DNA from: Armatimonadota bacterium
Lineage (GTDB): Bacteria > Armatimonadota > UBA5829 > DTLH01
Length of the DNA stretch: 64,000 nt
Assembly: GCA_039679675.1 (NCBI GenBank)
Contig: JBDKUN010000003.1
Span: forward strand, 1 to 64,000
Reading direction: 5' to 3'
Made by a program: the position numbers and the translations under genes. Numbering within the stretch: the first letter of the stretch is position 1; each line of letters opens with the position of its first letter. The notes under the pieces are model-generated. The model searched no databases, was not told the DNA's origin, and saw only the letters and a program-made list of their open reading frames with translations. Shown here piece after piece: positions 40,147-50,903 of the stretch.

Positions 40147-41442
40147 ATGACTAATTTGGACATCTCACGTTCTAAAGAACTATTCGATAAAGCACAAAAA
40201 CTGATCCCAGGTGGGGTGAACAGCCCGGTGAGGGCGTTCAAGTCGGTCGGGGGTGAGCCGGTCTTCATCAAAAAGGGCGAGGGCAGCCGGATGATAGACG
40301 AGGATGGCAACTCATATGTTGATTATGTCTCATCCTGGGGACCGCTCATCTTCGGGCACGCTCATCCGAGGATAGTCGAGGCAATCAAGCAGGCAGCCGA
40401 GTGTGGAACGACGTTTGGGGCATCTACAGCCGCCGAGGTGACGCTTGCGGAGATGATCGTGGGTGCTATGGCGTCCGTCGAGATGGTACGGCTGGTAAAC
40501 TCCGGCACAGAAGCCGTGATGAGCGCGATCAGGCTCGCCCGCGGGTTCACCCGCCGCAACCGGATCATCAAATTCGAGGGCGGCTACCACGGACACAGCG
40601 ACAGCCTGCTCGCAAAGGCCGGTTCGGGCGTCGCTACGCTCGGAATGCCGGACAGCGCCGGTGTCCCGCCGAATCTTACGGTTGATACGATCACACTGCC
40701 ATATAACAACGTCGAAGCCGTCCGCGCAGCAGTGGCGCTCTATGGAAAGAGTATAGCCTGTATCATCGTCGAGCCCGTAGCAGGGAATATGGGCGTCATC
40801 CCACCGAATCCGGGATTTCTGGAGTCGCTCAGGCAGATAACCGCCGAAAACGGGATACTTTTGATCTTCGATGAGGTCATCACAGGGTTCCGACTGGCCT
40901 ACGGAGGCGCGCAGGAGCGGTTTGGCGTGACGCCAGACATCACGACAATGGGCAAGATCATCGGCGGAGGGCTGCCGATGGGCGCTTACGGCGGCAGGCG
41001 CGATATTATGGAGTTTGTAGCCCCGTCAGGGCCTGTCTATCAGGCAGGGACACTCTCCGGTAACCCCCTCGCTGTCGCAGCAGGCATCGAGATGCTCAAG
41101 ATGCTCCAGGAGCCGGGAGTATACGATCAACTCGAAGAAAAAGGCTTGATGTTCGCGAAAGGGTTAGCCAACGCCGCGGCATCTGCTGGGGTAGATGTGC
41201 GGATAAACGCTATTGGCTCGATGTCTACGCTCTTCTTCACGGATAAAGAGGTCACGGACTACGAATCAGCAAAAACATCCGACACCGCGCGCTACGCATC
41301 GTTTTTTAAGGGGATGCTGGAGCGCGGGTTCTACTTTGCACCGTCCCAGTTCGAAGCGGCTTTCGTTTCCATGGCACACTCGGAGGAAGACATTAACGCT
41401 ACAATAGATGCCGCAAGAGATGTTTTTACAGAGGGGATTTAG
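40147..41442 (+). CDS. hemL: Glutamate-1-semialdehyde 2,1-aminomutase
   Basis: [33 protein letters not shown] and QAGTLSGNP motifs. Confidence 0.97.
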   Translation: MTNLDISRSKELFDKAQKLIPGGVNSPVRAFKSVGGEPVFIKKGEGSRMIDEDGNSYVDYVSSWGPLIFGHAHPRIVEAIKQAAECGTTFGASTAAEVTLAEMIVGAMASVEMVRLVNSGTEAVMSAIRLARGFTRRNRIIKFEGGYHGHSDSLLAKAGSGVATLGMPDSAGVPPNLTVDTITLPYNNVEAVRAAVALYGKSIACIIVEPVAGNMGVIPPNPGFLESLRQITAENGILLIFDEVITGFRLAYGGAQERFGVTPDITTMGKIIGGGLPMGAYGGRRDIMEFVAPSGPVYQAGTLSGNPLAVAAGIEMLKMLQEPGVYDQLEEKGLMFAKGLANAAASAGVDVRINAIGSMSTLFFTDKEVTDYESAKTSDTARYASFFKGMLERGFYFAPSQFEAAFVSMAHSEEDINATIDAARDVFTEGI

Positions 41443-41516
41443 AATTGATTGAGACCCGTGCTTCGGGACGAACAGCGGTCCCGAAGAATAAAGAAGTCAA
41501 CTTTTTCGGCGTCCAC

Positions 41517-41855
41517 TTACTGAGCCTCGTCTGAAGACTCCACGTCCATGACTGCGCTGAATCCGGTCACAGCTAGAACTGTCTGAGGTTGGCGGCCATG
41601 AGCTACCCGCACAAGCAGCCTATCGGAGTCTGCGAAGAGTTTCTTGTTGGCTACAAGCAATTGTTCGAGCCCAGCTGAGTCGATGTAATTCGTCTTTCGC
41701 AGATCGACTACGAGCTTTCTACCACCGCGCAACTCAAATGCTTCCTCAACATTTGCTTGAAAAGCACCGACAGTCGTGAGGTCCAGGTCACCGGTGACAT
41801 TCACCGAGACTTCTTCCGGGGTTTGCGACATTGTAATTGCCATCTTCGATTCCAT
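41517..41855 (-). CDS. STAS-domain anti-sigma-factor antagonist
   Basis: GDLDL and VDL...YIDSAGL (phosphorylatable Ser). Confidence 0.88.
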   Translation of the reverse strand: MESKMAITMSQTPEEVSVNVTGDLDLTTVGAFQANVEEAFELRGGRKLVVDLRKTNYIDSAGLEQLLVANKKLFADSDRLLVRVAHGRQPQTVLAVTGFSAVMDVESSDEAQ

Positions 41856-41901
41856 AGGTGACCTTTCCCTAGCCGGAAAACAGCGGTAAATGCGGTTGCG
41901 G

Positions 41902-42921
41902 TTACTCCAAGCCGTATTGGCTGTAGTTATCCCTTATCTCGTCCCATTCGTCAAGCGCTTTTCCGGTGCCGAGAGCGACACAGGAAAGCGGGTCTTCGGC
42001 CACATGAATCGGAATATTTGTTTCGATAGACAGTAACTTGTCGAGCCCTCGAAGAAGGGCACCCCCACCAGTCAGCATAACGCCGCGTTCTATAATGTCA
42101 GACGACAGTTCAGGTGGTGTAAGTTCCAGCACACTCTTGATCCGGTCGACAATCATACTTACAGGTTCGGAAAGCGCCGCCCGGATCTCTTCGGATGTGA
42201 CTTCAATCGTTTTAGGGAGCCCTGCGACCATATCCCTGCCGCGGACTTCCAGAGTCATCTCCGTGTGCAGCGGATACGCAGAACCGATCTTGACCTTGAT
42301 CTCCTCTGCTGTCCGATCCCCTATCATAAGGTTATATCTACTCTTTACATGACGGACGATAACTTCATCCATCTTATTGCCGCCCACCCGCACCGAACGG
42401 GAAACAACTATCCCGCCGAGCGATATGACGGCAATATCCGTGGTTCCACCGCCTATGTCGATGACCATATTTCCGCCAGGCGATGATATAGGCAGCCCAG
42501 CGCCTATGGCCGCCGCCATTGGTTCTTCTATGGGGAGAGCTTCACCTGCTCCGGCGTTTCTGGCTGCCTGCATAACAGCGCGTCTTTCTACACTCGTAAC
42601 ACCGGACGGGACGCATATAAGCACTCTAGGCTTGAACATACGCTTACGCCCGCATACCTTGGCAATAAGGTATTCGAGCATCTTGTGGGTGGTCGTGAAA
42701 TCCGCTATAACACCTTCGCTCATTGGGCGTATGGCGACTATATTGCCTGGGGTGCGGCCTATCATCAATCGAGCTTCTTCGCCGATTGCCAAGACTTTTT
42801 TAGTTACCGTGGACATGGCAACTACACTCGGTTCTCGAAGCAGAATTCCTTTGCCCTTCAAAAAGACGACTATATTAGCAGTCCCGAGGTCGATCCCAAG
42901 TTCTGGGACTATACTGAACAC
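41902..42921 (-). CDS. mreB: Rod shape-determining actin-like protein (MreB/Mbl)
   Basis: [30 protein letters not shown] and TGGGALL motifs. Confidence 0.95.
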   Translation of the reverse strand: MFSIVPELGIDLGTANIVVFLKGKGILLREPSVVAMSTVTKKVLAIGEEARLMIGRTPGNIVAIRPMSEGVIADFTTTHKMLEYLIAKVCGRKRMFKPRVLICVPSGVTSVERRAVMQAARNAGAGEALPIEEPMAAAIGAGLPISSPGGNMVIDIGGGTTDIAVISLGGIVVSRSVRVGGNKMDEVIVRHVKSRYNLMIGDRTAEEIKVKIGSAYPLHTEMTLEVRGRDMVAGLPKTIEVTSEEIRAALSEPVSMIVDRIKSVLELTPPELSSDIIERGVMLTGGGALLRGLDKLLSIETNIPIHVAEDPLSCVALGTGKALDEWDEIRDNYSQYGLE

Positions 42922-44192
42922 AGAGTAATTCCCTTTCTTTCCGAATCCGCACGCATAACTTCTGCGCCTAATTCCTGCAGCTTATCGACCAGCCGCTCAT
43001 AGCCCCGGTCGATGTGCTCCAGGCCGGATATTTCAGACTCGCCTTCAGCGCCGAGCGCTGCGACGATCATGGCAGCCCCGGCTCTCAGATCAGTTGCTGT
43101 CACCTGGGCTCCTGTCAGTTTATCGACTCCCTTGACTACGGCGGTCCGGCCATCCTGTTTGATGTCCGCGCCCATTCTCTGGAGTTCACTGATATATCTG
43201 AACCGTCTTTCATAGACGTTCTCAGTCACTATAGAAGTTCCCTGGGCTATCGAGAGCAGTGCTACAAACGGCTGCTGCATATCCGTCGGGAAGCCTGGGT
43301 GAGGCATTGTCACGACATCCGTTGCAAGCGGCCTTGCGTTCGCGCGCACTCTCAGCCAGTCTTCACCGACTGTGACTACCGCGCCTGTCTCGCGCAGTTT
43401 TAGTATGGACGGTTCCATCTGCCTGGGACAGGCTCCTTCAATTTTTACATCACCCTGAGTCATCGCAGCTGCGACAGCAAATGTTCCGGCTTCCATCCTG
43501 TCCGGGATTATACGGTGCGGAACAGCAATGAGTTCCCCGACTCCTTCTACACGGATGGTAGTAGTCCCGGCGCCCTCTATCCGCGCGCCCATGGCTGTAA
43601 GATAATTCGCAAGGTCTACTATCTCCGGCTCCATGGCGGCATTTTGGATAATAGTCACGCCTTCAGCCAGACACGCCGCTGTCATAATGTGCTGTGTAGC
43701 ACCGGCGCTCGGGAAGTCCAGATAAACTTCCGCTCCATGAAGCTTTTCAGCCTCAGCTTCCACGAACCCGTGCTCTGTCTCGATGTGGGCACCAAGCGCC
43801 TGAATCCCTTTTACATGAAAATCAATCGGTCTTGCGCCTATATCGCAGCCGCCGGGCATCGCTACTTTTGCATAGCCTTTTCGAGCAAGGAGTGGTCCCA
43901 GCACGGTGAAAGACGCCCGCATCTTCTTGACCAGGTCATATGGGGCTTCTGATGAGCGCAGGTTGGTTGCATCGATCGAAACATTATCGCCGTCGATCTC
44001 ACACTCAGCACCAAGCGCGCTGAGCATCTCTACCATTGTGTATATATCGCCTATTTTTGGCACATTAGAAAGTACAGTTCGTCCTTTAGCAAGCAGCGAG
44101 GCTGCCATGACAGCCAGTGCGCCGTTTTTGCTGCCGCTGGCTTTGATGGTTCCCCTGAGTGGGGTGCCACCGATTACATACAACTTATCCAA
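42909..44192 (-). CDS. murA: UDP-N-acetylglucosamine 1-carboxyvinyltransferase
   Basis: [30 protein letters not shown] and HIDRGYE motifs. Confidence 0.97.
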   Translation of the reverse strand: MDKLYVIGGTPLRGTIKASGSKNGALAVMAASLLAKGRTVLSNVPKIGDIYTMVEMLSALGAECEIDGDNVSIDATNLRSSEAPYDLVKKMRASFTVLGPLLARKGYAKVAMPGGCDIGARPIDFHVKGIQALGAHIETEHGFVEAEAEKLHGAEVYLDFPSAGATQHIMTAACLAEGVTIIQNAAMEPEIVDLANYLTAMGARIEGAGTTTIRVEGVGELIAVPHRIIPDRMEAGTFAVAAAMTQGDVKIEGACPRQMEPSILKLRETGAVVTVGEDWLRVRANARPLATDVVTMPHPGFPTDMQQPFVALLSIAQGTSIVTENVYERRFRYISELQRMGADIKQDGRTAVVKGVDKLTGAQVTATDLRAGAAMIVAALGAEGESEISGLEHIDRGYERLVDKLQELGAEVMRADSERKGITLCSV

Positions 44193-44269
44193 AATATGTC
44201 AACCTCCTGTCAGAGAACACTCCATTCTCTTCCAGGCCTTCCTTGAAACCGGTTAATAGCTCTGGCTCA

Positions 44270-44298
44270 AGTATATCGGAAGCCCTGGTTAGTGTCAA
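44270..44298 (-). promoter_or_regulatory. Sigma70-type promoter for murA-mreB-STAS
   Basis: TTGACA-N17-TATACT on the minus strand. Confidence 0.7.
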
Positions 44299-44643
44299 GC
44301 AGTGTTACTCAACCACAATTCCTACACAATGGTAGTTTGAGTGTACCCCTACCTTCGATTACGTTAAGCAGCCAAGAACCTGCAATAATAGTTTACCCAT
44401 TCGGAGTACGCCGCTGGCTGCCATTTATAATAACGTGTAAACTGCTGCGAAGTTTACATACTACAGAGTTTTTGACGGCTTGAATTGACTGTTGTTCCGT
44501 CTTTTACAAAAGGCCGGGAGGTAGGATTAGTTAAGATGAACGCGGCTGAAGAGCAGAATTATAGCTTTGTAGTGGATAATCGCGGCCGATTGCGGCAATT
44601 TGGGCGACTGATGGCCGTCAATTGTTAACCCGCACTATCCATT

Positions 44644-46044
44644 TTACGAATAATGCGGGTTAGATAAAGCCGCACGCGCTGCATCGAGTTGGCGCTCGAC
44701 GGCTGAACGGGCTGTGCCGCCTGGTACCGACCTGGCGGCAGCGCTTTCCTCAGGTTTGAGGAGCTGAAGGGCCTCTTCCGTCGCTTCCGGGACAAGATGC
44801 TTTAGCTCATCGAGCGTCAAGTCAGACAAGTCTCTGTTCGAAGCTATACAGTCGGCTACGAGCTTGCCGACTACCGCATGGGCGTTTCTAAACGGCATCC
44901 CGGTCCGCACGAGATAGTCCGCGAGGTCCGTAGCAGTCGAGAAATCTCCCTTGAGAGACCGGCGCATCCTGTCCTTATTGAACCTTGCGGTCGCTACCAT
45001 CGGAATAAAGACGTTGAGCGCGCCGCGGAGCGTGTCGGCGGCGTCGAAAATGGGCTCCTTGTCTTCCTGCAGGTCGCGGTTGTACGAGAGCGGCAGCCCT
45101 TTTTGGACTGTCAGAATAGTTATCAGGTCGCCGAACACCCTTCCGGTCTTGCCGCGGGTAAGCTCGGCAGCGTCCGGGTTCTTCTTTTGGGGCATAATGC
45201 TCGATCCGGTAGTGACGGAGTCGTCGAGCTCAACGAAACCGAACTCCGGCGTTGACCAGTATACCAGCTCTTCGGCAAACCTAGAGAGATGTGTCATTGC
45301 AATCGCGGTCGCGGCGAGAAATTCGGAGATAAAGTCCCTGTCGGACACTGCATCCAGGCTGTTTTCGGATATACGGGAAAATCCAAGCTCACATGCGACA
45401 AAATCCCGGTCTATAGGGAACCCTGTCCCTGCGAGCGCACCAGACCCGAGCGGCAGTACGTCTGCACGTTTCCGGCAGTCGTTGAACCGGCCCTTGTCCC
45501 GCTCCAGCATCCAGAAATATGCAAGCAGGTGGTGCGCAAGAAGCACCGGCTGGGCGTGCTGCATGTGGGTGTAGCCCGGCATAAGCGTGTCGAGGTGGTC
45601 TCCGGCCAGATCGACGAGCACGCGCTGGAAATCCGCTATAAGCTCCGTGATTACGCTTGTTTCGTCCTTTATCCACAGCCGGACATCCGTCGCAACCTGG
45701 TCATTGCGGCTTCTCGCGGTGTGCAGCCGCCCTGCCGCGTCACCTATCCGCGCGTAAAGCAGCTTTTCGACGTTCATATGGACATCTTCGGCTGAAGGGT
45801 CGAACTCGACCTTTCCGGCGTGGTAGTCTTCGAGAAGCGACTTGAGCCCCTCCACGATCTTTACCGAATCATCCGCCGGAATGATGCCGCACTTGCCGAG
45901 CATCCGGGCGTGGGTAATCGAACCCCTTATGTCCTGCTCGAAAAGCCTCGAATCGTAATGAACCGAGGCGGTGAATTCCTCCACAGCCTTATCAGTAGGC
46001 TTGGCGAACCTGCCGCCCCAGAGTTTTTTTGAGTTATCAGTCAT
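44644..46044 (-). CDS. argH: Argininosuccinate lyase
   Basis: LWGGRF, HTARSRNDQ, GYTHMQHAQP and GSSIMPQKKNPD motifs. Confidence 0.97.
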   Translation of the reverse strand: MTDNSKKLWGGRFAKPTDKAVEEFTASVHYDSRLFEQDIRGSITHARMLGKCGIIPADDSVKIVEGLKSLLEDYHAGKVEFDPSAEDVHMNVEKLLYARIGDAAGRLHTARSRNDQVATDVRLWIKDETSVITELIADFQRVLVDLAGDHLDTLMPGYTHMQHAQPVLLAHHLLAYFWMLERDKGRFNDCRKRADVLPLGSGALAGTGFPIDRDFVACELGFSRISENSLDAVSDRDFISEFLAATAIAMTHLSRFAEELVYWSTPEFGFVELDDSVTTGSSIMPQKKNPDAAELTRGKTGRVFGDLITILTVQKGLPLSYNRDLQEDKEPIFDAADTLRGALNVFIPMVATARFNKDRMRRSLKGDFSTATDLADYLVRTGMPFRNAHAVVGKLVADCIASNRDLSDLTLDELKHLVPEATEEALQLLKPEESAAARSVPGGTARSAVERQLDAARAALSNPHYS

Positions 46045-46161
46045 TTGTTGTTAGCTTTCAGTTGGGGAAAATGGGGGAACAGAAGGATTTGGGATTTACT
46101 GATGGGCCGGGGGATCCATGCCCTCTGCCATTTTTCCATTGCTTCGGAGTAGTGGAGATTC

Positions 46162-46197
46162 ATGCTTCGGGACGGACTGCAGTCCGTCCCGAAGCAT
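46162..46197. repeat. Perfect 36-bp palindrome between argG and argH
   Basis: ATGCTTCGGGACGGACTGCAGTCCGTCCCGAAGCAT; related hairpin at 41460-41486. Confidence 0.75.
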
Positions 46198-46229
46198 AGG
46201 TAAATCCTTAAATCCTAAATCCCTGATTC

Positions 46230-47414
46230 CTAACCTTTCACCTGCTGGTACATCCGGGCCTGCAGTCCGTGGAGTTCCACCATACCGGCCACTCTGGACT
46301 GGTCGAACGAGTCGGTGTCGAAGCTCGCCATTTCCTCGGAGTAAAGCGCATGCTTGCTGGCTCTTCCGACGACGCTCACATTGCCCTTGTAGAACCTCAG
46401 CGTGACCGTGCCGGTCACTCGCTCTTGGATCCTGTTGATGAATGCGTCCAGGTCTTCCTTGAACGGGTCGAACCACAGCCCTTCATAGACCAGCTTGCCC
46501 CACTCGACATCCACCAGTGACTTGAATCTGAGCTCTTCCTTGGTGCATACCAATGCTTCGAGCGCTTTGTGGGCTTTCAGGATCGCTACCGCGCCGGGGC
46601 ACTCGTAGTTTTCGCGGACTTTGAGTCCCATCATCCTGTCTTCCATCATGTCGATCCGGCCGACGCCGTATTCGCCCGATATATTGTTCATCTCAGTCAC
46701 GAACTGTGTGGGTGACAAGGATTTTCCGTCTATCGATACAGGTGCACCCTTTTCAAATCCGAGTTCGACATCGCGCGGCTGGTCCGGGGCATCCTGCGGG
46801 CTCTTGGTCCACTTGTAAATCTCCTCCGGTGCGGCATAATCCGGCTCTTCCAGCCTGCCGCCCTCGATGGAACGTCCCCACATGTTCTCATCGATAGACC
46901 AGATTTTGGCTACGCTCTGCGATACGGGAACACCCTTCTTTTTGGCGTAATCGATTTCCCATGTGCGGGTCATGTTTCGCTCGCGCATAGGAGCGATGAT
47001 ATTTACATCCGGCATGAATGCGCGTATCGCGAACTCAATGCGGAACTGGTCGTTGCCCTTGCCGGTGCAGCCGTGGCAAAATGCCTCAGCTCCGGTCTTC
47101 TTTGCGATTTCCACGACCTTGAGCCCGATCAGCGGCCTGGCGATGGACGTGCTGAGCGGATAACCCTCATAATCGGCGTTGGCTTTGATTGCAGGAAAGA
47201 TGAAGTCTTTTGCGAACTCATCCTTCGCATCGATGGTGTAGTGTTCCGTGCCGAGGGCTTTAGCCTTCGTCTCAGCTTCTTTTATATCCGCGGCCGGCTG
47301 GCCGACATCTATGGTTACGGTCACGACGTGATCGAAGCCATAATCTTCTCTCATCATCGGGATGCAGACGGATGTGTCCAATCCACCCGAATAGACGAGT
47401 AAAACGGTGCGCAT
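46230..47414 (-). CDS. argG: Argininosuccinate synthase
   Basis: YSGGLDTS, HGCTGKGNDQ and SIDENMWGRS motifs. Confidence 0.97.
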   Translation of the reverse strand: MRTVLLVYSGGLDTSVCIPMMREDYGFDHVVTVTIDVGQPAADIKEAETKAKALGTEHYTIDAKDEFAKDFIFPAIKANADYEGYPLSTSIARPLIGLKVVEIAKKTGAEAFCHGCTGKGNDQFRIEFAIRAFMPDVNIIAPMRERNMTRTWEIDYAKKKGVPVSQSVAKIWSIDENMWGRSIEGGRLEEPDYAAPEEIYKWTKSPQDAPDQPRDVELGFEKGAPVSIDGKSLSPTQFVTEMNNISGEYGVGRIDMMEDRMMGLKVRENYECPGAVAILKAHKALEALVCTKEELRFKSLVDVEWGKLVYEGLWFDPFKEDLDAFINRIQERVTGTVTLRFYKGNVSVVGRASKHALYSEEMASFDTDSFDQSRVAGMVELHGLQARMYQQVKG

Positions 47415-47564
47415 TTGTATCTCCTTTAACTACGTTTAATAAGCGAAGACCGGTAGAGTTTTTTATTGCGAAAACATGCGGTCCTCCGCCAGTCCAGAAA
47501 GCAGGCTTCGGCGCAGAAAACGCGCCGAAGCATACCTGCAATCCTAAATTCTGAATCCTAAACA

Positions 47565-49037
47565 CTATACAATCAGCGAGAGAAGCGCTTTTTGGGCGTG
47601 GAGCCGGTTCTCGGCTTCGTCTAGCACGGCCGACTGCAGTCCGTCCAGCACTTCGGATGTTATTTCATCGCCCCGATGCGCCGGCAGGCAGTGGAGCACG
47701 ATGGCGTCCTGCTTTGCCTTCGTCATCAGCTTCTTGTTGACCTGATACGGAGCGAAAGCTTTCTTTCGAAGCTCCTGCTCAGTTTCTTGTCCCATCGACG
47801 CCCAAACGTCCGTGTAAAGCACATCCGCGCCATCGGCAGCTTCAGCGGGGTTCTTCACGACCTCGATCATGGAGCCGGTACCTTCACCGATCTCACGAGC
47901 GGTCCGTATAATCTCCTCGTTCGGTTCGTAACCCTCTGGGCATGCTATGGAAAAATGGGTCCCGACTTTTGCTGCGCAGAGCATCAGGCTGTTCGCCACA
48001 TTGTTTCCGTCGCCGATGAACGCGAGTTTCAGCCCTTTGAACTCGCCTTTTCTCTCTTTAATCGTCAGAAAGTCGGCGAGTATCTGGCACGGATGCTCAA
48101 GGTCCGAAAGGCCGTTGATCACGGGTATAGTCGCATTTTTAGCAAGCCCGGTTACAGTATCATGGGAGAATACTCTGGCCATGATGGCGTTACACCACCT
48201 GGAAAGGTTCTTCGCCACATCTTCCACCGTTTCGCGGACGCCGATGCTTATGTCTGCTGGCGCAAGGTAGATCGCATGTCCGCCGAGCTGGGTCATGCCT
48301 GTCTCAAACGTGACTCTTGTCCTTAAACTGGGTTTCTCGAAGATCATTGCAAGCGTTCGCCCCGGCAGAATAGACCTGTGAGAAGTCGGGTCTTCCTTGA
48401 TGGTCCTTTTCAGCAGTTCTGCGACGCCCAGAACGAGCTCGATCTCACCTGTCGACAGGTCGAGTATGGACGTGATGTTCCTGCCGCGAAGCCGGCTGGT
48501 ATTTTTCAGTCCTGCAATGCTTTGAGGGTGGTTCGGGCTAAACCCGGCATCGTCTATCAGCATCCTTGCAACTTCGCTGCTCTTTTCCCTGGCTTCCTGG
48601 TCCCGTTTTTCCTGGAGATCATAAGTCTCCGCACGGGCTCTGTCGAGCGTCACGCCGAGCCGTGCAAGGACTTTGGCTGCAATTCCTTCTCGCTCATGGA
48701 TAAGCCCCAGAAGCAGATGCTCTGTGCCGATATAATTGTTGTCGAGTTCTCTGGCTTCCTCATAAGCCAGGTCTATGACCCGTTTTGCGCGGGGAGCAAG
48801 TTGCATGTCATCGCCTAGTCTACCTTCACCCCGCTTCACATTTGAATCCAGTTCGGCCCTAATGATGTCGAGTGACACATCCAGGTTCTTCAGCACCTTC
48901 ACCGCGATGCTGCTCGGCTCTCTTATAAGTCCGAGCAAAAGGTGCTCCGTTGATACATGGTTTTCTCCGAACCTGCCCGCTTCCTGTTGAGCGAAGAAGA
49001 TCACCCTGCGCGCGCGTTCCGTAAATTTATCCCACAT
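47565..49037 (-). CDS. argF: Ornithine carbamoyltransferase fused to an N-terminal ClpC-type double Clp-repeat domain
   Basis: Residues 1-143 contain FTERARRV...STEHLLLGL...PRAKRV...GTEHLLLGL. From about residue 183 onward: FEKPSLRT, HPCQ, GDGNN, DVWASMG, HCLP and AENR. Single uninterrupted ORF. Confidence 0.95.
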   Translation of the reverse strand: MWDKFTERARRVIFFAQQEAGRFGENHVSTEHLLLGLIREPSSIAVKVLKNLDVSLDIIRAELDSNVKRGEGRLGDDMQLAPRAKRVIDLAYEEARELDNNYIGTEHLLLGLIHEREGIAAKVLARLGVTLDRARAETYDLQEKRDQEAREKSSEVARMLIDDAGFSPNHPQSIAGLKNTSRLRGRNITSILDLSTGEIELVLGVAELLKRTIKEDPTSHRSILPGRTLAMIFEKPSLRTRVTFETGMTQLGGHAIYLAPADISIGVRETVEDVAKNLSRWCNAIMARVFSHDTVTGLAKNATIPVINGLSDLEHPCQILADFLTIKERKGEFKGLKLAFIGDGNNVANSLMLCAAKVGTHFSIACPEGYEPNEEIIRTAREIGEGTGSMIEVVKNPAEAADGADVLYTDVWASMGQETEQELRKKAFAPYQVNKKLMTKAKQDAIVLHCLPAHRGDEITSEVLDGLQSAVLDEAENRLHAQKALLSLIV

Positions 49038-49077
49038 ACCGTAATTATCCTTTCGACTCCAGTGTCTTGTTTACTAT

Positions 49078-50259
49078 TTATAAGCTTTCGGCGATTATGC
49101 CGATAGCTAAGTCTATGTCTTCTTTGGTAATGACGAGCGGAGGAATGAATCTTAGAATGCTGTCTCCAATTGCGTTCAGCAGGAGGCCCTTGTCCATGCA
49201 GGCCGATACCAGAGTTTTGGCAATCGGTTTAGACAATTGGACACCGATCATCAACCCAAGTCCGCGGACTTCCTCTATCGGCGCGCCGGCCTCCTTCAGT
49301 GATTTGAGTTTCTTCTGGAGATATTTTCCGTTATCCCGCGCGTTTTCGATAAGTCCGTCATTGTGGATAGTTGAAAGCGCAGCCATAGCAGCCGCGCAGG
49401 CGAGGGGATTGCCTCCAAATGTAGAAGAGTGGTCTCCCGGCTGAAACACATTGGCTGCGTCTCCACGGGCAAGGCATGCGCCTATCGGGAAACCTGCGCC
49501 GAGCGTCTTTGCAAGCGTCATTACATCAGGGACTACGCCGAAATGCTCATAAGCGAACATTTTGCCGGTCCTGCCGATTCCGGTCTGCACCTCATCGAAT
49601 ATAAGCAGGACTCCGTCCGAGTCGCATGCCGTCCGCGCGAACTGCAGATACTCTGGTGAGGCCGGGTGGACACCGCTTTCACCCTGCACAGGTTCGAGTA
49701 TCACCGCGCAGGTATTCTCGGAGATCGTCTCTTCGAGCGCTTCTATATCATTGTAAGGGACGTATTTGAACCCCGGTACGAGCGGGGTGAACCATTTCTG
49801 ATACTTGGTCTGGCCCGTAGCCGTAATTGAGCCCATTGTCCTGCCATGAAACGACCCAATCGCAGTGACGATCTCTATTTTTTTCTCAGAACGTTGCTTT
49901 CCCCATTTTCTAGCAAGCTTGATTGCAGCTTCGTTCGCTTCGGTTCCGCTGTTGCAGAAGAATACCTTGTCGAAGTCCGACCACTTTATGAGCATTTCCG
50001 CAAGCGCGGGCTGCTGCTCTGTGTAATATATATTACTGGTGTGCATCAGCACCGCAGCCTGTCTTTGGAGCGCTTCCACCACTTTGGGGTGGCAGTGCCC
50101 GAGTCCGTTTACCGCGATACCGGCGACGAAGTCGAGGTATTCTTTCCCTGTGTCATCCCACACACGAGCACCCTCACCTCTGACGATGGCCAGCGGTTGC
50201 CGCGCGCAGGTAGACATTACGTATTTACTGTCAAGTTCGATAATCTCTTTGTGTTTCAC
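49078..50259 (-). CDS. argD: Acetylornithine aminotransferase
   Basis: NSGTEANEAAIK, FHGRT, EPVQGE, DEVQTG, LAK and STFGGNP motifs; located in the arg operon. Confidence 0.94.
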   Translation of the reverse strand: MKHKEIIELDSKYVMSTCARQPLAIVRGEGARVWDDTGKEYLDFVAGIAVNGLGHCHPKVVEALQRQAAVLMHTSNIYYTEQQPALAEMLIKWSDFDKVFFCNSGTEANEAAIKLARKWGKQRSEKKIEIVTAIGSFHGRTMGSITATGQTKYQKWFTPLVPGFKYVPYNDIEALEETISENTCAVILEPVQGESGVHPASPEYLQFARTACDSDGVLLIFDEVQTGIGRTGKMFAYEHFGVVPDVMTLAKTLGAGFPIGACLARGDAANVFQPGDHSSTFGGNPLACAAAMAALSTIHNDGLIENARDNGKYLQKKLKSLKEAGAPIEEVRGLGLMIGVQLSKPIAKTLVSACMDKGLLLNAIGDSILRFIPPLVITKEDIDLAIGIIAESL

Positions 50260-50294
50260 TATTCCTCCTGAGACTTCCGGTCTAGGGTGCGGTA

Positions 50295-50903
50295 TTACTC
50301 GGGCGGAGGTGTGCGTTTCCGCTTCCTCAGCTTGGGATTAAGCTCCTCAAGAGCTGCCGTGAGGTCGTACACGAACGACGTCAGGTCCCGATCCTGCTCC
50401 TTCAGATTGCGCAGCTCGAGCAGCAGGATATCCTTGAACTGCTGGAGTTGCCGGGTATGCAGCTCTTTCATCTCGCGCATCTCCTCGCGGATCGATTCAA
50501 GCTCGGCATTGATCTCATCAGCCGGAAAATTGAGCTTTTCCGAAATTTCGGGAGCCATTCCGGTGTCTTCGACAAACCGGGACAGCGCCGACTGGCTGAT
50601 CATACGCCTTACACCGTCTTCGAACCGGACCTGTATGGAATCGAGTTCACCCCCGACCAACAGCCGTTCCATAGCATCGGGTGAAAGTCCGAGCATCGCC
50701 CGCGCATCTTCGACATTTATTTTATAATCACCGACCGGCTCCGGAAATACTACCGGCTCCAACTCCACAGGTTCTTTCAATTCGGTTGGGATCAGTCCCT
50801 GTTGGAGCCATTCTTCATGGAGTCGCGCAATTCCGGCAGGCAGATCTTTTTCGTCCTGCCCTGGGCGCTCCTCCCGGTCTTCTTGTTCCAATTGTTCATC
50901 CAT
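50295..50903 (-). CDS. Hypothetical protein with an excisionase/MerR-like HTH and C-terminal coiled coil
   Basis: INVEDARAMLGLSPDAMERLLVGGELDS...RRMISQSAL; heptad-rich C-terminus; GAGG RBS. Confidence 0.65.
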   Translation of the reverse strand: MDEQLEQEDREERPGQDEKDLPAGIARLHEEWLQQGLIPTELKEPVELEPVVFPEPVGDYKINVEDARAMLGLSPDAMERLLVGGELDSIQVRFEDGVRRMISQSALSRFVEDTGMAPEISEKLNFPADEINAELESIREEMREMKELHTRQLQQFKDILLLELRNLKEQDRDLTSFVYDLTAALEELNPKLRKRKRTPPPE

